Below, piece after piece: positions 35,421 through 43,928 of a stretch of 64,000 nucleotides of DNA. Origin of the DNA: Gemmatimonadales bacterium (GTDB taxonomy: Bacteria > Gemmatimonadota > Gemmatimonadetes > Longimicrobiales > Gaopeijiaceae); assembly GCA_007692665.1 (NCBI GenBank), contig REBP01000235.1:26-64025 (forward strand), in the 5' to 3' direction. The notes under the pieces were generated by a model, which was given only the letters and a program-made list of their open reading frames with translations, had not been told where the DNA came from and did no database searches. Each line of letters starts with the position of its first letter. The first letter of the stretch is position 1. The translations under genes were made by a program, and so were the position numbers.

Positions 35421-37405
35421 GCCGACCCGCCACGGCGCCCCAGCGCCTCCAGCAGGGGACTCCTCACCCCGAGAAGAGAGGTCACGCCCAGGTAGGCGGC
35501 GCCGGCGGCACCCAGCGTGACGGCCGCCACCGGAATCGGGTGGAGCCCGGGCACGACGCCGGCCAGGGCCAGGCGCAGCCCCCAGCCCACGGCCACCGCC
35601 GCCCCTGCCCCCGTCACCAGCCGGAGGAGCGGCCCGACCCCGGACCCATGAGGCCCGATGTCCCGCGCCAGGCGCCGCCGCAGGAGGCCGAGCTCGACCC
35701 AGGCCCCGAGTGCCGAGCCCAGCGCAAGCCCCACGGCTCCGTAGCGAAGCCCGCCCCCGACCTCGAACCGGTCCAGCGGGAACATGAGCGCCGCGCCCAC
35801 CGCCAGGGCGAGGGTCACCCGGAGCACCGCGACCCGGGCCGGTGTCGCCGTGTTGCCCAGCGCATAGAAGGCCGAGGAGAGGAGACGCGAGGTGGCCGAC
35901 GCCCCCATCCCCAGGGCGTAGGCGGCGAGGATCGCCCAGGTCAGCCGGACCTCCAGCGGACCGAAGGCACCGGTCTGGTAGAGCGCGGCGACGACCACGT
36001 CCCCCAGGAAGAGGTAGACCGCCACCGAGGGCACGAGGAAGTAGGCCACCCGGAGCATCCCCTGCCGAACGGAGCCGGCCAGGGCGGCCTGCGCCGCGGG
36101 GGAGAGGTCGGCAGCACGGCCATCCACCCGCGCCGGGGCCAGGTCCAGGTCCCCGGGGGTACCCTGCCCCGCCTGCTTCCCCGCCTGCTTTCCGGCCAGC
36201 TTCCCGGCCTCCTTCCCGGCCTCCTTCTCCGCCACTTCCTCCGCCTCCTTCCGTCGCGCCGCCACCTGGCTCCGGGCCAGTTCGGGAAGTTCGCTCGCGG
36301 CTACCGCCATGCCGAAGAGCGAGATGGGGAGCATGTACAGCACCTGCGCGTACCCCAGAACGGCCAGGGCCCCCGTGGCCAGGAGCCCGGCCAGGGCGTA
36401 GTCGAGAAGGCCGCCCACGTTCACGACACCGCGACCCGCAAGCACCGGGAGGAAGGCCCGCACCGCTTCCCTCACGCCCTCGATCCGGTTCGCGACCCAC
36501 GGAAGGACCGTCACGCGCAGCCCGCCCACGAGGCGAAGTGCTCCCGGGAGCTGGATCGCGAACTGGAGGAACCCGCCCAGCAGGGCGCCCCCGGCCGTGA
36601 GGCGGAGGAGTGCGTCGCCTTCCCACCCGAGGTACCACCCTCCCCCCACGAGGGCCGCCAGGATCGCGGCGTTCCAGGCTACCGGGGCGACATACGGGAG
36701 GAAGAATCGCCGATGGGTATTCAGGATCCCCAGCGACCAGGCCGAAAGCACGAGGATCCCGGTCATCGGGAAGAGGATCCGGACGAGGGCGGTGGTCCGG
36801 GCGTGCTGGTCGGCGTCGAATCGGGGAAAGAGAAGCCCGACGAGCAGGGGTGCCAGCGCCATGCCGAGGAGGACCAGCGCCCCGGCCGTCACAAGGAGGA
36901 GCCCGAACACCGCGCCGGCAAAGCGCCGCGCGGCCTCCTGCCGGTCCTCCTCGATCATGCGGGCGTAGACCGGGATGAACGAGGCGGACAGCGTGCCCTC
37001 GCCCAGCAGGTTCTGGATGACGTTGGGAAGCCGGAGCGCCGCGCGCCACGCATCGGCGTAGACCGACGCTCCGAAGTAGTGCCCCAGGGCCCGCTCCCTG
37101 GCCAGCCCGGCGATGCGGCTCAGAAGGATCCCCGCCGAAACCAGGGAGGCACTCCGGGACGCCCGCGGTGCGCCGGGATGCGTCGGGGTCGACGGAGGAG
37201 CGCCAGGCTCGGGGGCACCCAGCTCCGGCGCGAGGGGCTCCCGGTCGCCGGGGGCGTCCGAACGGGGGACCTCCCCCGCCGATGGATTCACCTCCGCGGC
37301 GACCCCATCGGCGTCAGTCCGGGGTTCCACCGGGGAGCCGGCCCTCGGATCGCTCGGTGAGGAGTCGCTGCAGGAACTCCCCCTCCTCGTGCAGGCGCTG
37401 CACAT
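35417..37405 (-). CDS. murJ: lipid II flippase MurJ/MviN with a repeat-encoded Lys/Glu/Ala insertion
   Basis: SAGILLSRIAGLARERALGHYFGASVYADAWRAALRLPNVIQNLLGEGTLSASFIPV is the MurJ N-terminal signature. The start is uncertain: the longest ORF starts at 37405 and would overlap the upstream small gene, and a GTG at 37291 is an alternative. Confidence 0.85.
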   Translation of the reverse strand: MCSACTRRGSSCSDSSPSDPRAGSPVEPRTDADGVAAEVNPSAGEVPRSDAPGDREPLAPELGAPEPGAPPSTPTHPGAPRASRSASLVSAGILLSRIAGLARERALGHYFGASVYADAWRAALRLPNVIQNLLGEGTLSASFIPVYARMIEEDRQEAARRFAGAVFGLLLVTAGALVLLGMALAPLLVGLLFPRFDADQHARTTALVRILFPMTGILVLSAWSLGILNTHRRFFLPYVAPVAWNAAILAALVGGGWYLGWEGDALLRLTAGGALLGGFLQFAIQLPGALRLVGGLRVTVLPWVANRIEGVREAVRAFLPVLAGRGVVNVGGLLDYALAGLLATGALAVLGYAQVLYMLPISLFGMAVAASELPELARSQVAARRKEAEEVAEKEAGKEAGKLAGKQAGKQAGQGTPGDLDLAPARVDGRAADLSPAAQAALAGSVRQGMLRVAYFLVPSVAVYLFLGDVVVAALYQTGAFGPLEVRLTWAILAAYALGMGASATSRLLSSAFYALGNTATPARVAVLRVTLALAVGAALMFPLDRFEVGGGLRYGAVGLALGSALGAWVELGLLRRRLARDIGPHGSGVGPLLRLVTGAGAAVAVGWGLRLALAGVVPGLHPIPVAAVTLGAAGAAYLGVTSLLGVRSPLLEALGRRGGSA
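36169..36252. repeat. seven tandem 12-nt units (ccgcctgcttcc-like) inside murJ
   Basis: Read directly. On the coding (minus) strand they give KEAEEVAEKEAGKEAGKLAGKQAGKQAG. Confidence 0.9.
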
Positions 37406-37589
37406 CGCGGGAGAGTCGGTCCACCTCGCCCTCCAGGTAGCGGACCCGGTCCACGACCACGTCGTCGCCGGAACCGACGCGGCGATCCTCGACCCGCGCG
37501 GCCAGCGCCCGACCCAGGCGGGAGTCGAGAACGGTGGAGAGGATCTCGGGGATCATGAAGGCGAGTACGATGAGTGCGATCCAGAGCAT
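37314..37589 (-). CDS. small single-pass membrane protein with a coiled-coil tail (PspB-like architecture, tentative)
   Basis: ATG at 37589. MLWIALIVLAFMIPEILSTVL is followed by RVRYLEGEVDRLSRDVQRLHEEGEFLQRLL. The call rests on architecture only. Confidence 0.45.
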   Translation of the reverse strand: MLWIALIVLAFMIPEILSTVLDSRLGRALAARVEDRRVGSGDDVVVDRVRYLEGEVDRLSRDVQRLHEEGEFLQRLLTERSEGRLPGGTPD

Positions 37590-37691
37590 GGTCAAAGGTA
37601 CCGAGGTGCAGGACCGGGGGGCAACGGCACGTCCCGGACCCTCCGGCGACCGGCCTCCCCTCACCGGATACGGATCTGGCCGGCGGGAGCT

Positions 37692-39458
37692 TCAGGACCC
37701 GGTGGGACCGGCGGGCTCGGCCTCGAGGTCATGCCCGGGTCCCTGCCCGCGATCATGGCCCGGTTCATCGCCTCCTTCCCCACCGGGTGACCTCCCCGGG
37801 AGGACGGCCCCCCGGGCCGCATCCATCCAGCGGGACATGAGTTCCGGGCCATAGCGTACGAGGTAGTACACCGCCGGGAAGACGCGTTCCTGCGGGGTGC
37901 CCCCGGGGAAGAGCTGAACCTGGGCCTTCTCGATCTGCTGCACCGCGATCCCGCTCTCGCGCTTTCGGGCCTGCACGACCTTCTTCTCGAGGTCGTCGAG
38001 GAGAGAGAACCCCTGGTTTCTCACGTGGTCCACCGGCCCTGCCAGCGTGGGATCCACCTGACGGACCGCCTTTTGCAACTCCTTGCTGCCAAGTGCAATG
38101 GCCCCCTTAAGCTTGCCCATCGCCTCACGTACCTCCGGGGGGAGGTCGTCGCGAATGACCCGGCCCACCACCTCGTGGTGCGGACGGGAAAGGTCGGCGA
38201 GCTCCAGGCCGAATTTCCGGAGCACCTTCTCGACCCTCGACTCGACGACAGCGGCCGAGAGCCGGGGGTGCACCACCGGGGGGCGGATCCCGTGGGCCGC
38301 GAAGACCGGTGCGGTCTGGGCCAGGTAGGCGATCTCGCCGGGGCCGGCCACGTACGCCAGGGTGGGAACCAGCGTGCTCTCGACCACGGGCCGAAGGAGC
38401 ACGCCGGGGGACAGGAGCGCAGGATCCCTTCCGGCCTCCCCTGCGAGTGCCTCCTGCGTGAGCACCCGCCCTTCCCTGCGCATGCGCAGCGGCGGGCCCT
38501 CCGCTGCGCCGCCCCCCTCGCCATTCCCTTCACCCTTTCCTGTCCCCCGCCCCGAGCCCTGCGCCGACGGCTCCACGAAGAGTCGGTCACGCCCCTGGGC
38601 GCCTTCGAGGAAGAGATTGGCGCCGCCCTCGAGGATCGTCACCTGGCTGTGATACCCGGCGGCTTCGAGCTCTCCGGCCCGACGCGCCAGGGCGTCCGCG
38701 CGTTCCCGCGCTCCCCGGGCCTCGGCGAGCAGAACCGGGAGCGCCGCCGCCTGCGCCTCCGGATGCTCCGGCGAAAGGATGAACACGCCCGCCATCGCCA
38801 GGTGCCGACGGAGCAGTTCGGCAAAGGCCGAGGGGAGCGTCGCCCCCTCCCGGTAGGCCGCCCGGAGGTCCGCCTCGAGATCCGGGCGAAACTCCGTATC
38901 CGGAAGGAGCGCAAGGAGGGCCTCGAGCGCCTCCGGCCCCTCGGGGCCCATCGGCATCCGGTGGAGGGGGAGTTCCCCGGCGCCTGGCCGGTCCGGAAGC
39001 TCGAGCGTCACGAGGTCGTTGGCCATGTCCGGGAGCGACACCCGCCGGACTTCCTCCCAGTCGTGGTCCTCCGACGCAACCCAGAAGACCGGGATCACGG
39101 GAACCCCCAGGTCCTCCTCGAGCCAGCGTGCGAGCGCCGCCGCCGTCAGCGCCTTGTAGAGGGAGAAGAGGGGCCCCCCGAAGAGCCCCGGCTGCTGCCC
39201 CGTCGTGACGGCCAACCCTCCCTCTTCAACGAAGCGACGGAGTCGAGACTGGCCGTTCTCGCCCCCCCCGGTGAGCATCCGGGTCAGCCGCTCCCTTGAT
39301 TCCTGATCGAAGCGCCCCCGGACCTCCTCGGCCTTGGCCCGGTAGGCGGCCGGGTCTCCGGGGTGCCCCCCGGGATAGAAGGCGAGGGCGGAAGGCTCAC
39401 CCGCCAGGTACTGGCGGACGAGGTGAGTCCCCGAAAGCGTCTGGATGTGGAGGTTCAC
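37692..39458 (-). CDS. bshC: bacillithiol biosynthesis cysteine-adding enzyme BshC
   Basis: TGQQPGLFGGPLFSLYK and IPVFWVASEDHDWEEV match the YllA/BshC hallmark motifs (B. subtilis GGQQAGLLTGPLYTIHK, IPIFWVAGEDHDLDEI, from memory). The start is chosen at GTG 39458, just after the upstream gene's stop. Confidence 0.85.
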   Translation of the reverse strand: MNLHIQTLSGTHLVRQYLAGEPSALAFYPGGHPGDPAAYRAKAEEVRGRFDQESRERLTRMLTGGGENGQSRLRRFVEEGGLAVTTGQQPGLFGGPLFSLYKALTAAALARWLEEDLGVPVIPVFWVASEDHDWEEVRRVSLPDMANDLVTLELPDRPGAGELPLHRMPMGPEGPEALEALLALLPDTEFRPDLEADLRAAYREGATLPSAFAELLRRHLAMAGVFILSPEHPEAQAAALPVLLAEARGARERADALARRAGELEAAGYHSQVTILEGGANLFLEGAQGRDRLFVEPSAQGSGRGTGKGEGNGEGGGAAEGPPLRMRREGRVLTQEALAGEAGRDPALLSPGVLLRPVVESTLVPTLAYVAGPGEIAYLAQTAPVFAAHGIRPPVVHPRLSAAVVESRVEKVLRKFGLELADLSRPHHEVVGRVIRDDLPPEVREAMGKLKGAIALGSKELQKAVRQVDPTLAGPVDHVRNQGFSLLDDLEKKVVQARKRESGIAVQQIEKAQVQLFPGGTPQERVFPAVYYLVRYGPELMSRWMDAARGAVLPGRSPGGEGGDEPGHDRGQGPGHDLEAEPAGPTGS

Positions 39459-39501
39459 GGGAGTTCCGGTGCCGGGATCGAGAAGGGCATGGGCAGGAGC
39501 G

Positions 39502-40290
39502 TCACGTGGCCCGCCGGGCAAGCAGGATCTCGCGGGGAGCTGCAGGGCCGGGTGGCCCGCCCCCGTAATCGCCGAACCGGGCCTCGACCTCGAGTCCGAC
39601 CGTGCCCAGGAGCGCCTCGAGTTCGGCGGCGTCGTAGAGGCGGACGCGCTCCACGAAATCCTCTTCCACCCCCTTCCCACGGATCCGGATTCGCTTCTCG
39701 ACCCTGCGTCCCCCGTCCACGAGACGGCGAAGCTGGACCACGCGCTTTCCGTCCACGATGCGTTCGTCGCGGGGTTCGAGCGTTGCCCGGACCCGTTCGG
39801 CGTTGAGGAAATCCAGGAAGACCCGGCCTCCGGGTCCCAGAACCCGGTCCATCTCGGCCAGGACCTTCCGGTCCTCCGAGTCGGCTTCGAAGTACCCGAA
39901 GGAGGTGAAGAACGAGGTCACCAGGTCGAAACTGCCTTCCTCGAACGGAAGGTGGCGCATGTCCCCCCGGACCCTCAGACAGCCGGGCGCCGTCCTTCGC
40001 GCCTCGCGGAGGAGCGGCAGGGAGAGATCCATTCCCACCGGCCGCAGGCCGGCTTCAGCCAGCGCCTTCAGGTGACGACCGGCTCCGCATCCCAGGTCGA
40101 GCACCCGTCCGCCGGCCCCGCCGCACCCTCCGGTCCTGGGGTCCTCCAGCTCGCGGAGGAGGAGGGCCACGGCCTGGTCGGCCTCCTCCTGGTCCCGGTG
40201 CGGGTAGAGGTGAAGATACTCCTCACCGAACCAGCTCCGATACCAGGGCACCAGGGCGTCACGCTCCGGTGGGGGTGCCGGGGCGCTCAA
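39502..40290 (-). CDS. class I SAM-dependent methyltransferase
   Basis: VLDLGCGAGRH and PGGRVFLDF are present. The substrate is unknown. Confidence 0.75.
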   Translation of the reverse strand: MSAPAPPPERDALVPWYRSWFGEEYLHLYPHRDQEEADQAVALLLRELEDPRTGGCGGAGGRVLDLGCGAGRHLKALAEAGLRPVGMDLSLPLLREARRTAPGCLRVRGDMRHLPFEEGSFDLVTSFFTSFGYFEADSEDRKVLAEMDRVLGPGGRVFLDFLNAERVRATLEPRDERIVDGKRVVQLRRLVDGGRRVEKRIRIRGKGVEEDFVERVRLYDAAELEALLGTVGLEVEARFGDYGGGPPGPAAPREILLARRAT

Positions 40291-40763
40291 CGGGTCCCCT
40301 TGTGGTAGGGTTCGTTCCGGAGGATGGTCCCGGCCCGGTAGAGCTGTTCGACCAGGACGAGGCGGGCCATTTCGTGGGGGAGGGTCATGGACGAGAGGGA
40401 GAGGCGGCGAGAGGACCGCGCCACGACCTCGGGAGCGAAGCCGAACGCGCCCCCGAGGGCGAGCACCAGGGGCGGTGCCGCATGGAGCTGGCGCTCGCCC
40501 AGCGCCCGGGCGAAGGCCACGGAGTCGAGGGCCTTCCCTTCGCGGGTGACGACCCAGAGTTCACCGCCCTCCGGGAGACGGGCCAGGATCCGCTCGCCCT
40601 CGGCAGCCATGACGCGCTCCGCGTCCACCGGTCCTCCTCTTCCGGTCCCCGCGTCCACCTCCACGACCCCGAACTTCCAGTAGTGCGGAACCCTCGATTC
40701 GTATTCCGCCACGGGGGCCTCGAGAGGCCCGCGAACCCTGCCCACAGCAACGAGAAGGATCAC
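40287..40763 (-). CDS. rlmH: 23S rRNA (pseudouridine1915-N3)-methyltransferase
   Basis: GTG at 40763 (GTGA overlap with the lpxK stop). SPOUT pattern ...LALGGAFGFAPEV...LSLSSMTLPHEMARLVLVEQLYRA. Confidence 0.85.
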   Translation of the reverse strand: MILLVAVGRVRGPLEAPVAEYESRVPHYWKFGVVEVDAGTGRGGPVDAERVMAAEGERILARLPEGGELWVVTREGKALDSVAFARALGERQLHAAPPLVLALGGAFGFAPEVVARSSRRLSLSSMTLPHEMARLVLVEQLYRAGTILRNEPYHKGTR

Positions 40764-41830
40764 GCCCGGGCCTCGCCGTGGGCGAGGGCCCGGTCCAGGA
40801 GGCGGTCGAGAAGGCGGGTCACGCCCGGGGCCGGCTGGACCTCCAGGGCGAGGACCCTCGGCGCAGGGCCGGCCGTGAGCATCGCGTCGAATTCCCCCAG
40901 TTTCACGGCATCCTTCTCGGTGGTCACGATCCGTCTTCCCCCGGCCCGGTTCAGCAGGTGGCGCACGTCGTCTGCGGTGTATGGATGATGGTCGGAATAG
41001 GCCGCGAGTTCCACCCCGTCGCCGAAGCCTGCCTCCCGGAGCATGTCGACGAACCCGCGGGGGTGGGCAATGGAGGCCACGGCCAGGATGCTCTCCCGGG
41101 TCGCAGGTCCCTCCGAGGCGGCACCTGCGAGGTCCTGCCAGCCACCGGCGAGGAGGCCGACGCAGCCAAGCGGCGGGTGCCGCGGGACCCGGGCAAGGAC
41201 CGACTCCATTCGCCCCGCCTGCTCCCGCCCCGCCACCCCCTTCCCCGTCACGAGAACGAGGGAGGCGCGCTCCAGGGCCCCGAGGGGTTCCCGCCAGGGT
41301 CCCCGGGGGAGCAATCGTGGCGGGAAGGGGTCGTGGGCCGAGAGGAGGACGATGTCGGCGTCCCGGGCCAGCGCACGATGCTGGAATCCGTCGTCCACCA
41401 CGATGACCCCGGCGCCGTCGGTCACGGCCCGGGTGGCGGCTGCGACCCGGTCCCGGTCGGCAACCACGGGCGTGCCCGGATGCCACCTGCGGTGCAGGGC
41501 CAGCTCGTCGGCCCCGTAGCCGCGACTCACCACCGCGGGCCGCAGTTCTCGCGCCAGGAGCCGGTCCACGACCCAGCGGACCACGGGAGTCTTTCCCGTT
41601 CCGCCGACCGAGAGGTTCCCCACCGAGATGACCGGAACCTTCACGGAGCCCGCGCGAAGGAGCCCCGTGTCGAAGGCCCGGTTCCGGAGGCGGGCGCCCA
41701 CGCCGAAGAGCGCCGCGGCCGGAGCCGTCAGGGCCGTGAGGAGGACCGAGGTCGCACCCCGGGTCTCGCCTGCCCAGTAGGCCCGTGCCAGTTCTTCCAG
41801 CGGGGGGCGGCTCATTCGGGAGGGGTCCAC
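40760..41830 (-). CDS. lpxK: tetraacyldisaccharide 4'-kinase
   Basis: VISVGNLSVGGTGKTP is the P-loop, with SRGYG and DDGFQH also present. Confidence 0.9.
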   Translation of the reverse strand: MDPSRMSRPPLEELARAYWAGETRGATSVLLTALTAPAAALFGVGARLRNRAFDTGLLRAGSVKVPVISVGNLSVGGTGKTPVVRWVVDRLLARELRPAVVSRGYGADELALHRRWHPGTPVVADRDRVAAATRAVTDGAGVIVVDDGFQHRALARDADIVLLSAHDPFPPRLLPRGPWREPLGALERASLVLVTGKGVAGREQAGRMESVLARVPRHPPLGCVGLLAGGWQDLAGAASEGPATRESILAVASIAHPRGFVDMLREAGFGDGVELAAYSDHHPYTADDVRHLLNRAGGRRIVTTEKDAVKLGEFDAMLTAGPAPRVLALEVQPAPGVTRLLDRLLDRALAHGEARA

Positions 41831-42531
41831 GGGCCGGCGGGGCGGACGGGGTCGGGGTTCGCCCGGTCGACCCTGTCCGTGAGGAGGTTGAGTTCGGCAT
41901 CGACATGGGCCGCCACCGCCTCGAGTTCCCGGGGGTCCAGGTCACGCTCGACGAAGATGGGCGGGCCGTAGCGCACCTCGACCCTGGCAAAGGGCCAGGG
42001 TACGAGAAACCGGTCCCAGGATTTCACGCGCCAGGCCCTCCGGGCCCCGGCCCCCACGAGGATCAGGGGGGCACCCGAGCGCTGGGCGGCCAGGAGCGGT
42101 CCGGCCTTCAGGCGTCGCGCCGGCCCTCGGGGACCGTCGGGGGTGATCGCCAGGTCGGATCCCTCCCGGAGGGCCCGAAGCAGGCCCCGAAGCCCGCGGG
42201 CCCCGCCCCGGCTGCTCGAGCCACGCACGGTCCGGAACCCACGGCGTTCCACCAGGCGGGCGATGAGCTCCCCGTCGCGGTGCCGGCTGATCAGGACCAC
42301 GGCGCCCTCGTTTCTGTGGAGGTGGGCCAGCGGAAGGATGCGGGAGTGCCAGAAAAGAAAGATGACCGGTCTGCCCTCCTCCCGAAACGACTGGAAGTGC
42401 TCGCGACCGTGGAGATCGAAGCGCCAGCTCCAGCCAAGAAACCAGAGGAGGCCCGAGCCCAGCACCTCGAGGAGCCCGCGCCCCGATTCCGCGGCGGTGG
42501 CTCCCGTCGCCTCCTCGCTGCCCCTATCCAT
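41812..42531 (-). CDS. DUF374 / lysophospholipid-acyltransferase-like protein
   Basis: FWHSRIL...SRHRDGELIA...AITPDGPRGP is the DUF374 pattern. It sits between lpxB and lpxK. Confidence 0.7.
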   Translation of the reverse strand: MDRGSEEATGATAAESGRGLLEVLGSGLLWFLGWSWRFDLHGREHFQSFREEGRPVIFLFWHSRILPLAHLHRNEGAVVLISRHRDGELIARLVERRGFRTVRGSSSRGGARGLRGLLRALREGSDLAITPDGPRGPARRLKAGPLLAAQRSGAPLILVGAGARRAWRVKSWDRFLVPWPFARVEVRYGPPIFVERDLDPRELEAVAAHVDAELNLLTDRVDRANPDPVRPAGPWTPPE

Positions 42532-43780
42532 CGGACGGCAGGTCCCGGGCCGCGGGAAGCGACCTGCGCCCCGCCCCGGCCGACGCGCCCCCCCGGCCCC
42601 GGAGCGGAATCCCGCGCTCCAGGAGCACTTCTTCCACCAGGAGAGCCACCCGGCCCGCAGCTCCCGGTTTGCCGAGGCGGGCGCGAACGCCGGCCAGCCC
42701 GGCCAGTGCCGCGGTCCGTTCCGGTCCGTCCTCCAGGAGCGGGAGAAGCGCGTCCGCCAGCCCGGGTCCGGTCACCTCACCCTGCAGGAGTTCGGGGACG
42801 ACGCGTTCGCCCGCGACCAGGTTGGCCAGAGCGACATGCTCCACCCGCACCACCCGGCGCGCGATTCTCCACGTCAGCGGGTGCGTGCGGTAGGCGACGA
42901 CGAAGGGAACGCCGGCCAGGGCGGCCTCGAGGGTGGTCGTGCCCGACTTGACCAGCGCGCCCCGTGCATGAGCCAGGAGCCCCCGCCCGTCGGTGACCGC
43001 GGTCAATCGCGTTCCGGACGGCAGGTTCTCCGGGAGCGGCACGGGGAGCCCCTGTGCCCGCGCCACCACCGGCTGGATCCCGGGGCGGGCCCGGGCGAGG
43101 CGGTCGGCGGCCTCCAGGAACGGGTCAAGGTGCCGGCGCAGTTCCTGGGACCGGGAGCCGGGGAAGATCGCCAGGATCTCCCGTGCCGGGTCCACGCCCG
43201 CCTCGCGGGCGAAGGTCGCGCGGTCCGGGGGGGACCCGGTGTCGTCCAGGAGCGGATGGCCCACGTACCTCGCATCCCCACCCTCGGCCCGGAAGAGATC
43301 GGCCTCGAAGGGGAGAATGACCGCGACCCGGTCGGCGGTCTGGGCGAGCCTTGCCGTGCGGTGCGCCTTCCAGGCCCACACCTGGGGCGCGATGTAGTAG
43401 ACCACCGGGATCCCGCGTTCATGGGCGGCGGCCGCGATGCGCAGGTTGAACCCCGGGTAGTCGATGGGCACCACCAGGTCCACGGTGCCCGTATCGAGAA
43501 GTGCCCGAACCCTGCGCTCGAGCCGGAGAAAGTACGGGAGGCGGGCCGCGACTTCGGCAAAGCCCATGACCGCGAGGTCGTCCAGACCGGCGAGGAGATC
43601 CACCCCCTCGGCGGCCATGCGTTCGCCCCCCATGCCGACCAGCCGGGCGCCGGGAATGCGGTCACGGAGGGCCCGGGCCAGGTAGGCACCATGATGATCG
43701 CCCGACGCCTCGCCTGCCAGCAGGAGGAGTGTGGGCCCGCCTGGGCCGTCCGACGGGGCGTCCGGGCGAGGCCGGGTCAC
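42524..43780 (-). CDS. lpxB: lipid-A-disaccharide synthase
   Basis: AGEASGDHHGA...IDYPGFNL...VYYIAPQVWAWK. The start is chosen at GTG 43780; the longest ORF (43882) translates to W/S/R-rich junk at its N-terminus. Confidence 0.9.
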   Translation of the reverse strand: MTRPRPDAPSDGPGGPTLLLLAGEASGDHHGAYLARALRDRIPGARLVGMGGERMAAEGVDLLAGLDDLAVMGFAEVAARLPYFLRLERRVRALLDTGTVDLVVPIDYPGFNLRIAAAAHERGIPVVYYIAPQVWAWKAHRTARLAQTADRVAVILPFEADLFRAEGGDARYVGHPLLDDTGSPPDRATFAREAGVDPAREILAIFPGSRSQELRRHLDPFLEAADRLARARPGIQPVVARAQGLPVPLPENLPSGTRLTAVTDGRGLLAHARGALVKSGTTTLEAALAGVPFVVAYRTHPLTWRIARRVVRVEHVALANLVAGERVVPELLQGEVTGPGLADALLPLLEDGPERTAALAGLAGVRARLGKPGAAGRVALLVEEVLLERGIPLRGRGGASAGAGRRSLPAARDLPSDG

Positions 43781-43793
43781 GGTGCGGCGCTGC

Positions 43794-43928
43794 CTAGAAG
43801 CTGGACGTGAGGTACCAGATCGCCATGACCACCAGGACGAACAGGAAGGCCAGCATCTTGGGGGAGCGGGGCGGCCTGGCATCGGCCCCCGCCTTCTTTC
43901 GGCTACGACGAACGTGTATCAGCGACAT
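43794..43928 (-). CDS. candidate 44-aa small membrane protein (not in the ORF track)
   Basis: Hand translation gives MSLIHVRRSRKKAGADARPPRSPKMLAFLFVLVVMAIWYLTSSF*, a basic N-terminus plus one TM helix. It overlaps the upstream gene's 3' end by 26 nt. An internal ATG at 43856 would give a 20-aa TM-only peptide. Confidence 0.3.
   Translation of the reverse strand: MSLIHVRRSRKKAGADARPPRSPKMLAFLFVLVVMAIWYLTSSF

Noticed and set aside
33576-37049. A 1157-aa ORF that would extend uvrC far upstream. Analogous long N-terminal extensions occur for gpsA (to 25104), lpxA (to 45887), the oxidoreductase (to 45855), lpxD (to 48544), mcsB (to 55507), rpoN (from 5316), kdsA (from 694) and lpxB (to 43882).
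   Set aside because: The extensions overlap well-supported upstream genes and translate to low-complexity junk. Internal starts coincide with canonical family N-termini and with 4-nt stop/start overlaps.
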